From Rhodoplanes tepidamans (GTDB lineage: Bacteria; Pseudomonadota; Alphaproteobacteria; Rhizobiales; Xanthobacteraceae), in assembly GCF_030813915.1 (NCBI RefSeq), contig NZ_JAUSUJ010000023.1, forward strand, positions 46,823 to 110,822: DNA of 64,000 nt. Direction: 5' to 3'. The position numbers were made by a program, and so were the translations under genes. This document shows positions 1 through 9,854 of the stretch, piece by piece. The notes below the pieces were generated by a model, which saw nothing but the letters and a program-made list of their open reading frames with translations, had not been told where the DNA came from and did not search any database. Each line of letters starts with the position of its first letter. Within the stretch, counting starts at the first letter, position 1.

Positions 1-314
1 CGACGACAGCGAATCGGCTCCTCGGCGAGGTTACGCTCGACGACGGAAGCTCCGAAACCTTCGAAATCGAACACTCCAAGCGAGCAGATTTGACACCCCT
101 GTTCAACGCCATGAACGATCTCGTGGCGCATCTCGGCAAAGGCGCATTCACGGTGGTCCTGACTGGTACCAGCGAAGATCTGATTGCGGTCTATCTGCGT
201 CCCGCCGAGCAATTCCAGTTCGACCAATGGGCCAAACAGCAATCTTATAGCGACGGAAGCTCGCCATTCTTCCGTTTGGACTCACGGAGCAAGCGTAGCC
301 TGGGCTCTTCTTAG
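1..314 (+). CDS. Partial hypothetical protein (C-terminal part; open frame runs to the window start); noticeably lower GC than its surroundings
   Basis: No stop in frame from base 3 to 314; local GC about 50-55% against about 70% elsewhere; no recognisable domain. Confidence 0.3.
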   Translation, partial: TTANRLLGEVTLDDGSSETFEIEHSKRADLTPLFNAMNDLVAHLGKGAFTVVLTGTSEDLIAVYLRPAEQFQFDQWAKQQSYSDGSSPFFRLDSRSKRSLGSS

Positions 315-830
315 CCTGGAGTGAGCGAAGCGAAGTCCGGGGCTGTCTTGCTCCGGCGGCAGTCGCACCCCAGGCTTCGCTGCCCTCACCCCGGGCTACG
401 AGCTTGCGAACCGTTCCGTAGGGTGGGCAAAGGCGCGGCACGCGCCGTGCCCACGCGGACCGACCTCGCCACAGGCCGACGGCGTCGGCACGCTTCGCTT
501 TGCCCGCCCGACGAAGCCGGTAGCGCGCGTCGGCCGCGCCTTTCGCTCACCCAGACGGAGCGCCCGCGACATCCGGGGCTTTCTTGCTCCGGCGACCGCC
601 GCACCCGGGTGTCGCTAGCGCTCCCCCCGGGCTGCGAGGTTGCGAGACGCACCGTCGGCTGGGCCAAGGCGCGGGACGCGCCGGGCCCGCGCGGACCGAC
701 CTCCCCACCTGCCGACGGCGTGGGCACGCTTCGCTTTGCCCGCCCAACCAAGCTGCGCGTCACGGCGGCTCCGCATCGGCTACGGCGCTCGTCCGGACGG
801 GCGAAGCTCCGACGGATTCCGCGGCGGCCG
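300..830. repeat. Two tandem copies of a roughly 260-bp intergenic repeat unit carrying the core tccggggct(g/t)tcttgctccggcg and the cgcttcgctttgcccgccc(g/a)ac motif
   Basis: Direct comparison of 330-560 with 590-820; the same core recurs near 1650-1750, 12470-12545 and 27700-27800. Confidence 0.7.
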
Positions 831-1203
831 CCGTCGGGTTGTCGCGAAGCGCCGCCCAGGTCAAGAGCGCGTCGAGGGCGGGGCACAGGGCCTGGCCCCA
901 GGCGGTGAGGCCGTACTCGACCTTCGGCGGCACCTGCTGGTGGACGGTGCGGCGCACGATGCCGTCGCGCTCCATCTGGCGGAGCTGCTGGGCCAGCATC
1001 TTCTGCGACACGGCCGGGATCGCCCGCTCCAGGTCGGAGAAGCGCAGCACCCGCCCGCCGAACAGGTGGAACAGGATGACGAGCTTCCAGCGGCCATCGA
1101 GCAGCTTCAGCGCCTGCTCGACGCCGGCGGCCGCGCTCTCGCGGGTGTGCCGGGCGTGGCCCTCACCGGCGGGTGCACTTACCTTTTCGTGCGTTCTTGT
1201 CAT
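760..1203 (-). CDS. HxlR-family winged-helix transcriptional regulator
   Basis: LLDGRWKLVILFHL...RFSDLERAIPAVSQKMLAQQLRQMERDGIV is the HxlR signature; start uncertain (the ATG at 1242 is an alternative). Confidence 0.8.
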   Translation of the reverse strand: MTRTHEKVSAPAGEGHARHTRESAAAGVEQALKLLDGRWKLVILFHLFGGRVLRFSDLERAIPAVSQKMLAQQLRQMERDGIVRRTVHQQVPPKVEYGLTAWGQALCPALDALLTWAALRDNPTAAAAESVGASPVRTSAVADAEPP

Positions 1204-1259
1204 TCGGTGAGGATGGGACGATCTCGGGGACGGACGCAACACAGCATCGGGATCGTCGC

Positions 1260-1583
1260 ATGCCCCTCCAACTGCCCCCGCCCGTCGCCGCCTATTTCGC
1301 CGCCGGCCGCAGCGGCGCCGATATCGGCCCCTGCTTCGGCGAGACCGCCGTCGTGGTGGACGAGCGCGCCACCCATGCGGGCCGCGACGCCATCCGCCAC
1401 TGGCATGCCGCGGCGACGACCAAATACCGTTACGTCGCCGAGCCGCTCGCGGTCGCCGAGGCGGACGGCCGCACCGTGGTGACGGCGCGGGTGACGGGCG
1501 ACTTTCCCGGCAGCCCGATCGACCTGCGCTACGCCTTCGTGCTCGACGGCGACGCCATCACCCGGCTGGAGATCGCGCCCTGA
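1260..1583 (+). CDS. SnoaL/NTF2-like small protein, divergently transcribed from the HxlR gene
   Basis: About 107 aa with an NTF2-like fold signature; the classic HxlR-target arrangement. Confidence 0.6.
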   Translation: MPLQLPPPVAAYFAAGRSGADIGPCFGETAVVVDERATHAGRDAIRHWHAAATTKYRYVAEPLAVAEADGRTVVTARVTGDFPGSPIDLRYAFVLDGDAITRLEIAP

Positions 1584-1649
1584 GCCTGCCGTCGGCCTCG
1601 CCGGCGCCTCGCCCGACCGTCGCAGCGAGCAAGCGGGGCCCGGCTTCCT

Positions 1650-1750
1650 CGTAGCCTGGATCGCGCGACGCGAATCCGGGGCCTTCTTGCTCCGGCGGCC
1701 GCGCCGCACCCCCGGGGCTTCGCTGCGCTCACTCGGGCGACGCGACGACG
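1650..1750. repeat. REP-like intergenic element, same family as 300-830
   Basis: Shares tagcctgga...gcgaatccggggccttcttgctccggcggcc...gcttcgctgcgctcac. Confidence 0.6.
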
Positions 1751-1880
1751 GCGCTCGCCTGGTTTCCGCGGCTGCTCCGCGCCTCGCCCGAGGACCGGGC
1801 GCGGGGCGAGCTGAGCCGCACCGGAGTCCACTGGGAGCAGCTCGACGAGGACATCTCGGTCGCCGGGCGGGCGTATCGCC

Positions 1881-2333
1881 CTACTTCACGCCGAGCAGCT
1901 CGACGTCGAAGATCAGCGTCGCGTTGGGCGGGATGACGCCGCCGGCGCCGCGGGCGCCGTAGCCGAGCTCGGGCGGGATGACGAGCGTGCGCTTGCCGCC
2001 GACCTTCATGGTGGCGACGCCCTCGTCCCAGCCCTTGATCACCCGGCCCATGCCGATCGGGAACTCGAAGGGCTGGCCGCGGTCGACCGAGGAGTCGAAT
2101 TTCTTGCCCTTGGCGCCGTTCTCGGAGAGCCAGCCGGTGTAGTGCATGACGCAGGTCTGGCCGCGGGTCGGGCTGGCGCCGGTGCCTTCGGTGATGTCCG
2201 TGATGGTGAGGCCCGATGGGGTGGTCATGGATTTCCCGGTCTGTGCGTGGGCGGAGCCGAAGCCGGCCGTGGCGGCCGACGCGGCGACGAAGCCGAGGGC
2301 CGACAGGGCCTGCCGGCGGTTCGAAAGGATCAT
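1881..2333 (-). CDS. FKBP-type peptidyl-prolyl cis-trans isomerase with a twin-arginine signal peptide
   Basis: SNRRQALSALG Tat motif; FKBP core GWLSENGAKGKKFDSSVDRGQPFEFPIGMGRVIKGWDEGV...LIFDVELLGV. Confidence 0.9.
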   Translation of the reverse strand: MILSNRRQALSALGFVAASAATAGFGSAHAQTGKSMTTPSGLTITDITEGTGASPTRGQTCVMHYTGWLSENGAKGKKFDSSVDRGQPFEFPIGMGRVIKGWDEGVATMKVGGKRTLVIPPELGYGARGAGGVIPPNATLIFDVELLGVK

Positions 2334-3042
2334 GCCTTCTCCTCGCGGAGCGGCCGGCGCGAAACGGCGGGCCGCGACGATGCCGGCCGCCGGCGCACCC
2401 GCGCCCGGCCGGCGGCGCGACCCTAGCCCGAACGCGGCGGCGAGGCACCCCGGAAGTTTGCCGGCGCGGCCGTCGTTCGCCGCCGCCGAATCTCCGGAAA
2501 CCCGGTCCGGCCGCGGTGCGTTGTCGACCGTACGCGCCGGATGACAACCGGCCGCAACAGGGACGACGGACGCAGCCATTTTGCCGGTTTCTCGCTGCGA
2601 CACCAGCGCATCGGTACGCGCCGACGTCTGACCTGTTTCCGGCGCGTACGACCCCTTCTGCCGCCGCCTCGACAGGGAGCTCTGGTGACGCGCACGCCTG
2701 TCCTCGTCCCGAAGGGCCGCATGGCCGGCCTGATCGGGGCGGCCCTTCTCGCGGTCGCCCCGCTCGGCCCGGGCCCCGCCGGCGCCCAGGGCGTCGACCA
2801 GCGCATGATCACCGGCTCCCAGGCCGCCCCGGCGCCGCCGCCGGCCGGGCCGGGCCGCGCGACGCCGGTGCCGACCGGCCCGCGCGCCGGCTACCCGACC
2901 CCCCAGGAGCAGGCCGAGCGGCTGGACCTGAACCGCCGCTGGCGGGGACACGCCCAGCCGATCCGGCCGCACCGCCCCGGCCGCCCGACGGTGCGCCGCG
3001 GTCGCTGACGACGCGCCGCGCTCCACGATCTCGTGTGCTGGT

Positions 3043-3318
3043 GTGCTCTCGTGCGCGGCCGGCGCCCGGGCCGATGCTGCAGCGAACCCCGCCCGCCGCC
3101 AGGGAGCCGCCGTGCCCGACGTCGACTCGTCCGCGATCCGCTCCGCCCGCTACGACGCGGCCGAGCACGTCCTGGAGATCACCTTCGTGACCGGACGCGT
3201 CTACGTCTATGGCGGCGTGCCGGAGACGATCTACGACGCCTTCCTGAAGGCGGAGTCCAAGGGCCGCTTCTTCAACGAGCGGATCCGCGACGCGTTCGCG
3301 ACGGCGCGCAAGCGCTGA
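3043..3318 (+). CDS. KTSC domain protein
   Basis: SAIRSARYDAAEHVLEITFVTGRVYVYGGVPETIYDAFLKAESKGRFFNERIR; start may be downstream. Confidence 0.7.
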   Translation: MLSCAAGARADAAANPARRQGAAVPDVDSSAIRSARYDAAEHVLEITFVTGRVYVYGGVPETIYDAFLKAESKGRFFNERIRDAFATARKR

Positions 3319-3360
3319 CCTTCGGTCGCGGCCCGTCGGCGGACCGGCGGCGAGCCGCCG

Positions 3361-3858
3361 TCACGGCTTGTCCTTCTCCTTCACCTGCGCCAGAAGCGCG
3401 GCGCCGGTCGCCTCGTCGACGGGCGTCAGGGTGTAGGGGCCGGAGTTCTCCGACACCGCGGCATCGATGATCTGGCCGGCCAGACCGGCGATGATGCCGA
3501 TCGCCAGATGGTCGCCGCGCGGGCCGATCTTCAGGTAGTAGACGCCGCCCGGCTTGGTCGTCACCGTGGCGGCGTAGCGGCCGGGATTGAGCGGCGTCTC
3601 GAGCACGACCTGGTGCGGTCCCGGCGGCCGGTCGACGAAGAACGAGGAGCCGTTGCCGAGACGGCCGACCTCCTGGCCGTCGACCAGCACGTTCGGCGCG
3701 CCGCCCGAATAGAGGAAGCTCGATTCGCGGACGAAGTACAGCCGCGACTGGCGCGTATCGAGCGCCTTGGTCTGCGGCTCCAGCGCCCCGGTCGTCGCGC
3801 AGGCTGCGAGCAGAACCAGCGCGCAGAGGCTGCACGCCGCGACCACGATCCGAACCAT
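3361..3858 (-). CDS. Lipoprotein, DUF2846-like
   Basis: Signal peptide with lipobox LLAAC; 165 aa. Confidence 0.65.
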   Translation of the reverse strand: MVRIVVAACSLCALVLLAACATTGALEPQTKALDTRQSRLYFVRESSFLYSGGAPNVLVDGQEVGRLGNGSSFFVDRPPGPHQVVLETPLNPGRYAATVTTKPGGVYYLKIGPRGDHLAIGIIAGLAGQIIDAAVSENSGPYTLTPVDEATGAALLAQVKEKDKP

Positions 3859-4178
3859 GCCACCCCACCCGGCTACCTGAGACCTAGGGGGCTAGCCTGT
3901 AAGTGTGAAAGCGGCGCGACGCAATCGGGGCTGCTGCGGAGCCGGTCCTCGCGGGGTGCCACGCGGGCGGGGCTCGCGGGCGAGAGCCGAGCCGGCCGCC
4001 GGCGATCGTTCGGGCGGCACGCGCGGCTCCCCAAAGACCATGCCGATGCGCGTTGCGGTCATCATCACGACGTTGCGCCTTTGCGGACGCGACCCGTCCT
4101 GTACACTTCGGCAGCGGGCCCGCTCCAAGATCACGACGGCCGACCGACAAGGCCCGCACGGCCGCGAGGGAGGACATC

Positions 4179-4697
4179 ATGACGGCCAGCCGTCGCAACT
4201 TCATGGGCCGGCTCGCGCTCGGCGCCGCCGCATCGGTCGCCGCCGCCGCGCCGGCCCGCGCCGCACCGACCGCGCTCGACTTCGCCGCGCTGAGCAAGGA
4301 CACCGACGTCGCCTGCGTCTACCACTGCGACTTCGGCGACCAGGCCCGCTTCGGCCAGATGCTGAACAACATCGCCAACCATCTGTCGGTCTACGACTTC
4401 GACCCGATGCGGCTGAAGATCGTGGTGGTGGCGCACGGCCCGGGGCTGAAGTTCTTCCTCGGCGAGCTCGCCGGCACGCCATGGGCGAGCCAGACCGTCG
4501 ATCCGGAGCTCTATGCCCGCTTCACCGGCCTGTCGAAATACGGGGTCGAGGCCTATCTGTGCCGGATCACCTTCGAGCGCCTGAAGATCGATCCGGCCAA
4601 GGCGCGCGGCGACGGCTTTCTCAAGCTCGTGCCGTCCGGAGTCGCCACCGTGGCCGAGCTGCAGAGCAAGGGCTACAGCTATCTCAAGGTCGCCTGA
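4179..4697 (+). CDS. DsrE/DsrF-like family protein with a Tat signal peptide (periplasmic)
   Basis: SRRNFMGRLALGAAA Tat motif; DsrE-like core VYHCDFGD...KIVVVAHGPGLKFF. Confidence 0.7.
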   Translation: MTASRRNFMGRLALGAAASVAAAAPARAAPTALDFAALSKDTDVACVYHCDFGDQARFGQMLNNIANHLSVYDFDPMRLKIVVVAHGPGLKFFLGELAGTPWASQTVDPELYARFTGLSKYGVEAYLCRITFERLKIDPAKARGDGFLKLVPSGVATVAELQSKGYSYLKVA

Positions 4698-4764
4698 ACC
4701 GAGAGGTCCCGCGCCGAAGGCTCTCCTCGCGCCGCGTCCGGCCGGCGCGGGGCGCCGCCCGGCC

Positions 4765-5082
4765 CTACTCCTCGGGCTCGGTGGTGAAGAACAGCGGGTA
4801 GCCCTCGGCGCGGCCGAGCTCGGTCGCCGCGGTCGCCTTGGTCTCGGCGACGTCGCGGGCGAACACCGCGACCACGCAGGCGTCCTTGCGGTGTGCCGTC
4901 ATCATCACGGCATAGGCTTGGCTCTCGCTCATCCGGAACACCGCCTTCAGCACCCCGACGACGAACTCGCGCGGCGTGTAGTCGTCGTTGAGCAGGATGA
5001 CCTTGTGGAGCGGCGGGCGCTGGGTCTTCGGCCGCGTGGCCGAGCCGGGCTTCACCAGCGGCCTCAGCGGAGGCTGGCTCAT
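4765..5082 (-). CDS. clpS: ATP-dependent Clp protease adaptor ClpS
   Basis: KVILLNDDYTPREFVVGVLKAVFRMSESQAYAVMMTAHRKDACVVAVFARDVAETKA. Confidence 0.9.
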   Translation of the reverse strand: MSQPPLRPLVKPGSATRPKTQRPPLHKVILLNDDYTPREFVVGVLKAVFRMSESQAYAVMMTAHRKDACVVAVFARDVAETKATAATELGRAEGYPLFFTTEPEE

Positions 5083-5347
5083 GCGATTCTCCTGCACGCG
5101 GAACCGGGAAACGCCTCGCATCCGCGGCACCTCGCGGCGCGGACCGGCGGTCCGTGAGCATAGCCGCGGCGGACGAGTCCCGCCGGACTGCCGCGATCAC
5201 GATCGCGTGAAGAGGCCGCGTGAAGGGACGCGCCGGCCGCGGCGCGCCGCGGCGGCGGCGCCGGTCTCCGGGCAGCAACAAAAAGGCGCGGACGTCGCCG
5301 TCCGCGCCAAAGGTGTCCGGGCGGGCGGCCGGGGGCCGCCACCGGCG

Positions 5348-6334
5348 TCACTCCGGCTTGATGCCGGCCTTCTGAATCACGGTGCCCCAGCGCGTCGTCT
5401 CCTTCTTGACGTGGTCGGCGAGCTGCTCGGGGGTGCCGAGGGAGAACTGCAGGCCCTGCTCCTCGAGGTTCTTGCGCACGGTCGAGTCGAAGGCCTTGCG
5501 AGTCTCGGCGTTGAGCCAGGCGACGATCGGCTTCGGCGTGCCGGCCGGCGCGAACAGACCCCACCAGGCGCCGCCCTGCACCTCCGGGACGCCGGCCTCG
5601 GTGGTGGTCGGCACGTCCGGCAGCGCCGCGACGCGCTGCGCCGAGGTGACCACCAGGGCCCGCACCCGGCCGGCCTTCACGTGCTCGCGGGCGAGCGGCA
5701 CGATGTCGAACATCATGTCGACCTGGCCGGCGATCACGTCCTTGAGGGCCGGCGCGCCGCCGCGATACGGCACGTGGGTGATGTCGATGCCGGTCGCCTG
5801 CTTCAGCATCTCGCCGCCCAGATGGCCGGTGGTGCCCTTGCCCTGCGACGCGTAGGTGAGCTTGCCGGGGTTGGCCTTGGCGTAGGCGATCAGCTCGGCC
5901 AGCGTCTTGGCCGGGACGTTCGGGTTGACGATCAGCACGTTGGGCGCGATCGCCACATAGGTGATCGGAACGAAGTCCTTCTCCGGATCGTAGGTCATCT
6001 TGGCCGTGATCAGGTGAAGGATCGACTGGGTCGAGTGATAGCCGAGGAAGATCGTGTAGCCGTCGGGCTGCGACTTCGCCACCATGTCGGCGGCGATCAG
6101 GCCGGCCGCGCCGGTCTTGTTCTCGACGATCACGGTCGCCTTGGTGTTCTCCTGAATCTTCTGGGCGATGACGCGCCCGAGGAGGTCGGCCATGCCGCCG
6201 GGCGGCGTCGGCACGACGAGCTTGATCACCTGCTTGGGATAGTCCTGTGCGTCGGCGGCGCGCGGCGCGGCGACGAGCAGCGCGCCGGCCGCCAGGGCGA
6301 GCGCGACGCGGAGGGCACGGAAGCGGGTCTTCAT
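5348..6334 (-). CDS. Tripartite tricarboxylate transporter substrate-binding protein (Bug/TctC family)
   Basis: Signal peptide; conserved QGKGTTGHLGGEM and PYRGGAPAL...DVPT motifs. Confidence 0.9.
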   Translation of the reverse strand: MKTRFRALRVALALAAGALLVAAPRAADAQDYPKQVIKLVVPTPPGGMADLLGRVIAQKIQENTKATVIVENKTGAAGLIAADMVAKSQPDGYTIFLGYHSTQSILHLITAKMTYDPEKDFVPITYVAIAPNVLIVNPNVPAKTLAELIAYAKANPGKLTYASQGKGTTGHLGGEMLKQATGIDITHVPYRGGAPALKDVIAGQVDMMFDIVPLAREHVKAGRVRALVVTSAQRVAALPDVPTTTEAGVPEVQGGAWWGLFAPAGTPKPIVAWLNAETRKAFDSTVRKNLEEQGLQFSLGTPEQLADHVKKETTRWGTVIQKAGIKPE

Positions 6335-6401
6335 GGGTTCGATCCTTGTCGAAAGCTGCGGGCCGGAGGCGGCCCGTCGGGCACGACGGTGCGGCGGCGG
6401 G

Positions 6402-6992
6402 TCAGTGGCCGAAGCGGCCGATCAGCCCGGCGGCGCCCTTGGCGTGCGTGCCGATGGCCTCGAGGAGCTGCGGCATGGTCAGCCCGGGCTGCAGGGCGTC
6501 GGGCGCCAGATCCGTCGCGATGATCGTGAACACGTAGTGGTGCGGCCCGTGGGTCTTGGGCGGACAGGGACCGAAATAGGTGCCCTGCCCGAGAATGTTC
6601 TTGCCGCCCGTGATGCCCTTGAACGAGCCGTCGCCCGCCCCTTCGGGCAGCGACGTCACCGCGGCGTCGATCCCGTAGGCGAGCCAGTGCACGACGCCGA
6701 GGCCGTTCCGGCCCTCCTGGTCGTGCATCAGAATGGCGTAGCTGCGGGTGCCGGCGGGCGGGTTGGACCAGGCGAGCGGCGGCGAGACGTTCTCGCCGAC
6801 GCAGTTCGGATTGGCGGGATTCTTGCCTGCGTTCTTCTTGGCGAGAAGCCCGTTGTCGGTGAAGGCAGGCGAGGAGAGCTGGAAGAACGGGCCTTGCGCG
6901 GCGGCCGGTCCGGACAGCGTCGTCATGAGGGCGGCTCCACAGGCCAGGGCCGTCCATGCCCGGGCGATGTTCGGTGGCTTGGTCGATTGCAT
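6402..6992 (-). CDS. YbhB/YbcL-family PEBP (Raf kinase inhibitor-like) protein, secreted
   Basis: Signal peptide; SPPLAWSNPPAGTRSYAILMHDQ...GVVHWLAYGI...YFGPCPP...HGPHHYVFTI. Confidence 0.85.
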   Translation of the reverse strand: MQSTKPPNIARAWTALACGAALMTTLSGPAAAQGPFFQLSSPAFTDNGLLAKKNAGKNPANPNCVGENVSPPLAWSNPPAGTRSYAILMHDQEGRNGLGVVHWLAYGIDAAVTSLPEGAGDGSFKGITGGKNILGQGTYFGPCPPKTHGPHHYVFTIIATDLAPDALQPGLTMPQLLEAIGTHAKGAAGLIGRFGH

Positions 6993-7465
6993 GCGTCGTC
7001 CTCCAATGGTCGCGCGGCGCCGCCGGTGGCGGACGGCCGTCTGTTCTTGGACGCGATCGGACCAGGGTCCCCGGGGGTGCGGCACGCGGCGCAGGAGTGC
7101 GACTCGGGGGTCGGCGCGTGCTGCCGAAGGAAAGCGCGGTGCTCACTGCCGGGGGTGCAGAAGCGGGACGCGCTCGGGACTGGGACGAGGCCGTTCGGAG
7201 AAGTTCGCGTCTGTGGCGAGCACGTTGGAAGGTCCTCGGACGAAGGTCCAATACGGAGATTTCGCAAGGCTATCGGATTTGATTATGGCCGCGGCGCCCG
7301 CCTCGGCGAAGTCCCGCCGGCGCCCTCGCGCAGGGCGCGGAAATCCGCAGTCCCGACGCGCGGCGGCCGGACCGGAGCCGCCGGCGCACCGTGGCGCGCC
7401 GGGCCGCCTGCGACGAATTGGCCCGCGCTGGCGAGGTCCGCCGGGCCGCCGGGCGGTCGCCGGCG

Positions 7466-8452
7466 TCACTCCGGCTTGATGCCGGCCTTCTCGATGACGG
7501 CGCGCCAGCGCTCGGTCTCCCGCCGGACGTGCTCGGCGAGCTCCTCCGGCGTGCCGAGCGCGAAGCGGAGCCCCTGTTCGGTCAGCCGCGCCCGCACGTC
7601 GCCGTCGAAGGCCCTGCGGGTCTCGGCGTTGAGCCAGTCGACGACCTCCCGCCGCGTGCCGGCCGGGGCGAACAGGCCCCACCAGGCGCCGCCCTGCACG
7701 TCCGGGATGCCGGCCTCCGCCGTGGTCGGCACGTCGGGCAGCGGCGCGACGCGCTGCGGCGCCGTCACGGCGAGCGCCTTCACCCTGCCGGACGTCACGT
7801 GCTCGCGGGCGAGCGGCACGATATCGAACATCATCGTCACCTGGCCGCCGATGACGTCCTGCAGGGCCGGCGCGCCGCCGCGATACGGCACGTGGGTCAT
7901 CCGGATGCCGGTCGCCTGCGCCAGCATCTCGCCGCCGAGATGTCCGGTGGTGCCCTTGCCCTGCGAGGCGTAGCTCGCCTTGCCCGGATTGGCCTTCACC
8001 CAGGCGACCAGCTCCTGCACCGAGCCGGCCGGCACCGCCGGATTGACGACCAGCACGTTGGGGGCGATCGCCAGATAGATGACCGGCGTGAAGTCCTTCA
8101 CCGGATCGTAGGGCATCCGGGCCGTGATCAGGGGAAGGATCGACTGGGTCGAATGGTAGCCGAGAAACAGCGTGTAGCCGTCGGGCGGCGCCTTGGCGAC
8201 CAGCTCGGCGGCGATCAGGCCGGCGGCGCCGGTCTTGTTCTCGACCACCATGGTGGCCTTGGTGTTCTCCGAGATCTTCTGGGCGATGATGCGCCCGAGC
8301 AGGTCCGCCATCCCGCCCGGCGGCGTCGGCACGACGAGCCGGATCACCTGGGTCGGATACTCCTGCGCCGCGGCGGGCGTGGGCGCGGCGACGCAGGCCA
8401 GGACGGCCGCGGCGACGACGGCGGCGAGGCAGTGTCGCGGGCGTTTCGTCAT
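7466..8452 (-). CDS. Second Bug/TctC-family substrate-binding protein (paralog of 5348-6334)
   Basis: About 75% identical to the first copy over its length. Confidence 0.9.
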   Translation of the reverse strand: MTKRPRHCLAAVVAAAVLACVAAPTPAAAQEYPTQVIRLVVPTPPGGMADLLGRIIAQKISENTKATMVVENKTGAAGLIAAELVAKAPPDGYTLFLGYHSTQSILPLITARMPYDPVKDFTPVIYLAIAPNVLVVNPAVPAGSVQELVAWVKANPGKASYASQGKGTTGHLGGEMLAQATGIRMTHVPYRGGAPALQDVIGGQVTMMFDIVPLAREHVTSGRVKALAVTAPQRVAPLPDVPTTAEAGIPDVQGGAWWGLFAPAGTRREVVDWLNAETRRAFDGDVRARLTEQGLRFALGTPEELAEHVRRETERWRAVIEKAGIKPE

Positions 8453-8740
8453 GCCGGGTCCCTCGGGGTGCGGCGGCGGGCCCCCCGAGAGTAGGACTTC
8501 GACTCCGGGTCGCAATACGGGTTCGGAGCTAAGGCGGGCGAGGCCGGGCGCGGCGCACCGGCGGCCGGCCGGGGCGCGAGCGCATGGCAGCCCCGGGCCC
8601 GCGCTCCCCTGGACGGTTCAGCTTTCCGTAGCAATATCTGCTAAAGTGCCCCGTTTGCCACCGCCGGGCACTCCTTCCAACCGCCGCGGACCGGTCCCTG
8701 CCGGTTCCCTACAGCCGGTCTTCCGGCCGGACCCTTTGCC

Positions 8741-9781
8741 ATGCACATCGAAACCGACCCCAAGCTCGACTTCAAAGACGTCCTGATCCGGCCCAAGCGG
8801 TCGACCCTCAACTCGCGCTCCGAGGTGGACATCACCCGGACGTTCCGGTTCGTCCACACCGGGTCGGAGTGGACCGGCTTCCCGCTGATCGCCGCCAACA
8901 TGGACACGGTCGGCACCTTCACGATGGCGCAGGCGTTCGCGCCGTTCCGCGCCATGGTGGCGCTGCACAAGCACTATCCGGCCGAGCGGCTGATCGAGTT
9001 CTTCCGCACCGAGGTCGCCCAGAACGTCTTCTACTCGATCGGCATCACGTCTGAAGATCTCGACAAGCTCGCCTTCGTGCGCCGCCAGGTGCCGGTCACC
9101 AAGATCTGCATGGACGTCGCCAACGGCTACAGCGAGCAGTTCCTGCAGACCGTCAAGCGGGTGCGCGACGAGAACAAGGACGCCGTCATCATGGCGGGCG
9201 CCATCGTCACGGGCGAGATGGCCGAGGCGCTGATCCTGGCCGGCGCCGACATCGTCAAGGTCGGCATCGGCTCCGGCTCGGTGTGCACGACCCGCGACCT
9301 CACCGGCGTCGGCTATCCGCAGCTCTCCGCCGTGATCGAATGCGCCGACGCGGCGCACGGGCTGCGCGGCCATGTCTGCTCGGACGGCGGCTGCACGGTG
9401 CCGGGCGACGTCGCCAAGGCGTTCGGCGGCGGCGCCGACTTCGTGATGCTCGGCGGCATGCTGGCCGGCCACGACGAGTGCGAGGGCCGGGTGCGCCACG
9501 AGCTGCGCGACGGCGAGAGCGTCGCGGTCGGCATGGAGTTCTACGGCATGTCGTCCGACACCGCGATGAACAAGTATCACGGCGGCGTCGCCGACTACCG
9601 CGCCTCCGAGGGCAAGACGGTCGAGGTGGCGTATCGCGGGCCCGTGAAGGCGACCATGCAGGGCATCACCGGCGGCCTGCGCTCCGCCATGACCTACATG
9701 GGCGCCACCCGCCTCAAGGAGGTGCCGAAGCGCACCACCTTCGTGATGGTCGGTGCCCAGCGCAACACCGTGTTCGACTGA
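8741..9781 (+). CDS. guaC: GMP reductase
   Basis: 346 aa colinear with E. coli GuaC: [14 protein letters not shown]...[11 protein letters not shown]...[29 protein letters not shown]. Confidence 0.95.
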   Translation: MHIETDPKLDFKDVLIRPKRSTLNSRSEVDITRTFRFVHTGSEWTGFPLIAANMDTVGTFTMAQAFAPFRAMVALHKHYPAERLIEFFRTEVAQNVFYSIGITSEDLDKLAFVRRQVPVTKICMDVANGYSEQFLQTVKRVRDENKDAVIMAGAIVTGEMAEALILAGADIVKVGIGSGSVCTTRDLTGVGYPQLSAVIECADAAHGLRGHVCSDGGCTVPGDVAKAFGGGADFVMLGGMLAGHDECEGRVRHELRDGESVAVGMEFYGMSSDTAMNKYHGGVADYRASEGKTVEVAYRGPVKATMQGITGGLRSAMTYMGATRLKEVPKRTTFVMVGAQRNTVFD

Positions 9782-9854
9782 CGCGGTCCCGACGCGGACG
9801 CGCCGGCGTGGTGGACCGCCACGCCCGGCCTCTCCCCGGTCGTGCTCCGCGACG

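Noticed and set aside
321-1482. Long overlapping ORFs (321-908, 386-886, 584-1210, 640-1482) rich in Arg/Pro/Ala
   Set aside because: They lie across the tandem REP-like repeats and antisense or out of frame to the HxlR gene. Composition is typical of GC-frame artefacts, with no domains or RBS.
1729-3190. ORFs 1729-2547, 2216-3190, 2423-2812 and the N-terminal 230 aa of ORF 1881-3026
   Set aside because: Arg/Pro-rich low-complexity translations overlapping the FKBP gene in other frames. Only the C-terminal 150 aa (from MILSNRRQ) of ORF 1881-3026 is a real gene.
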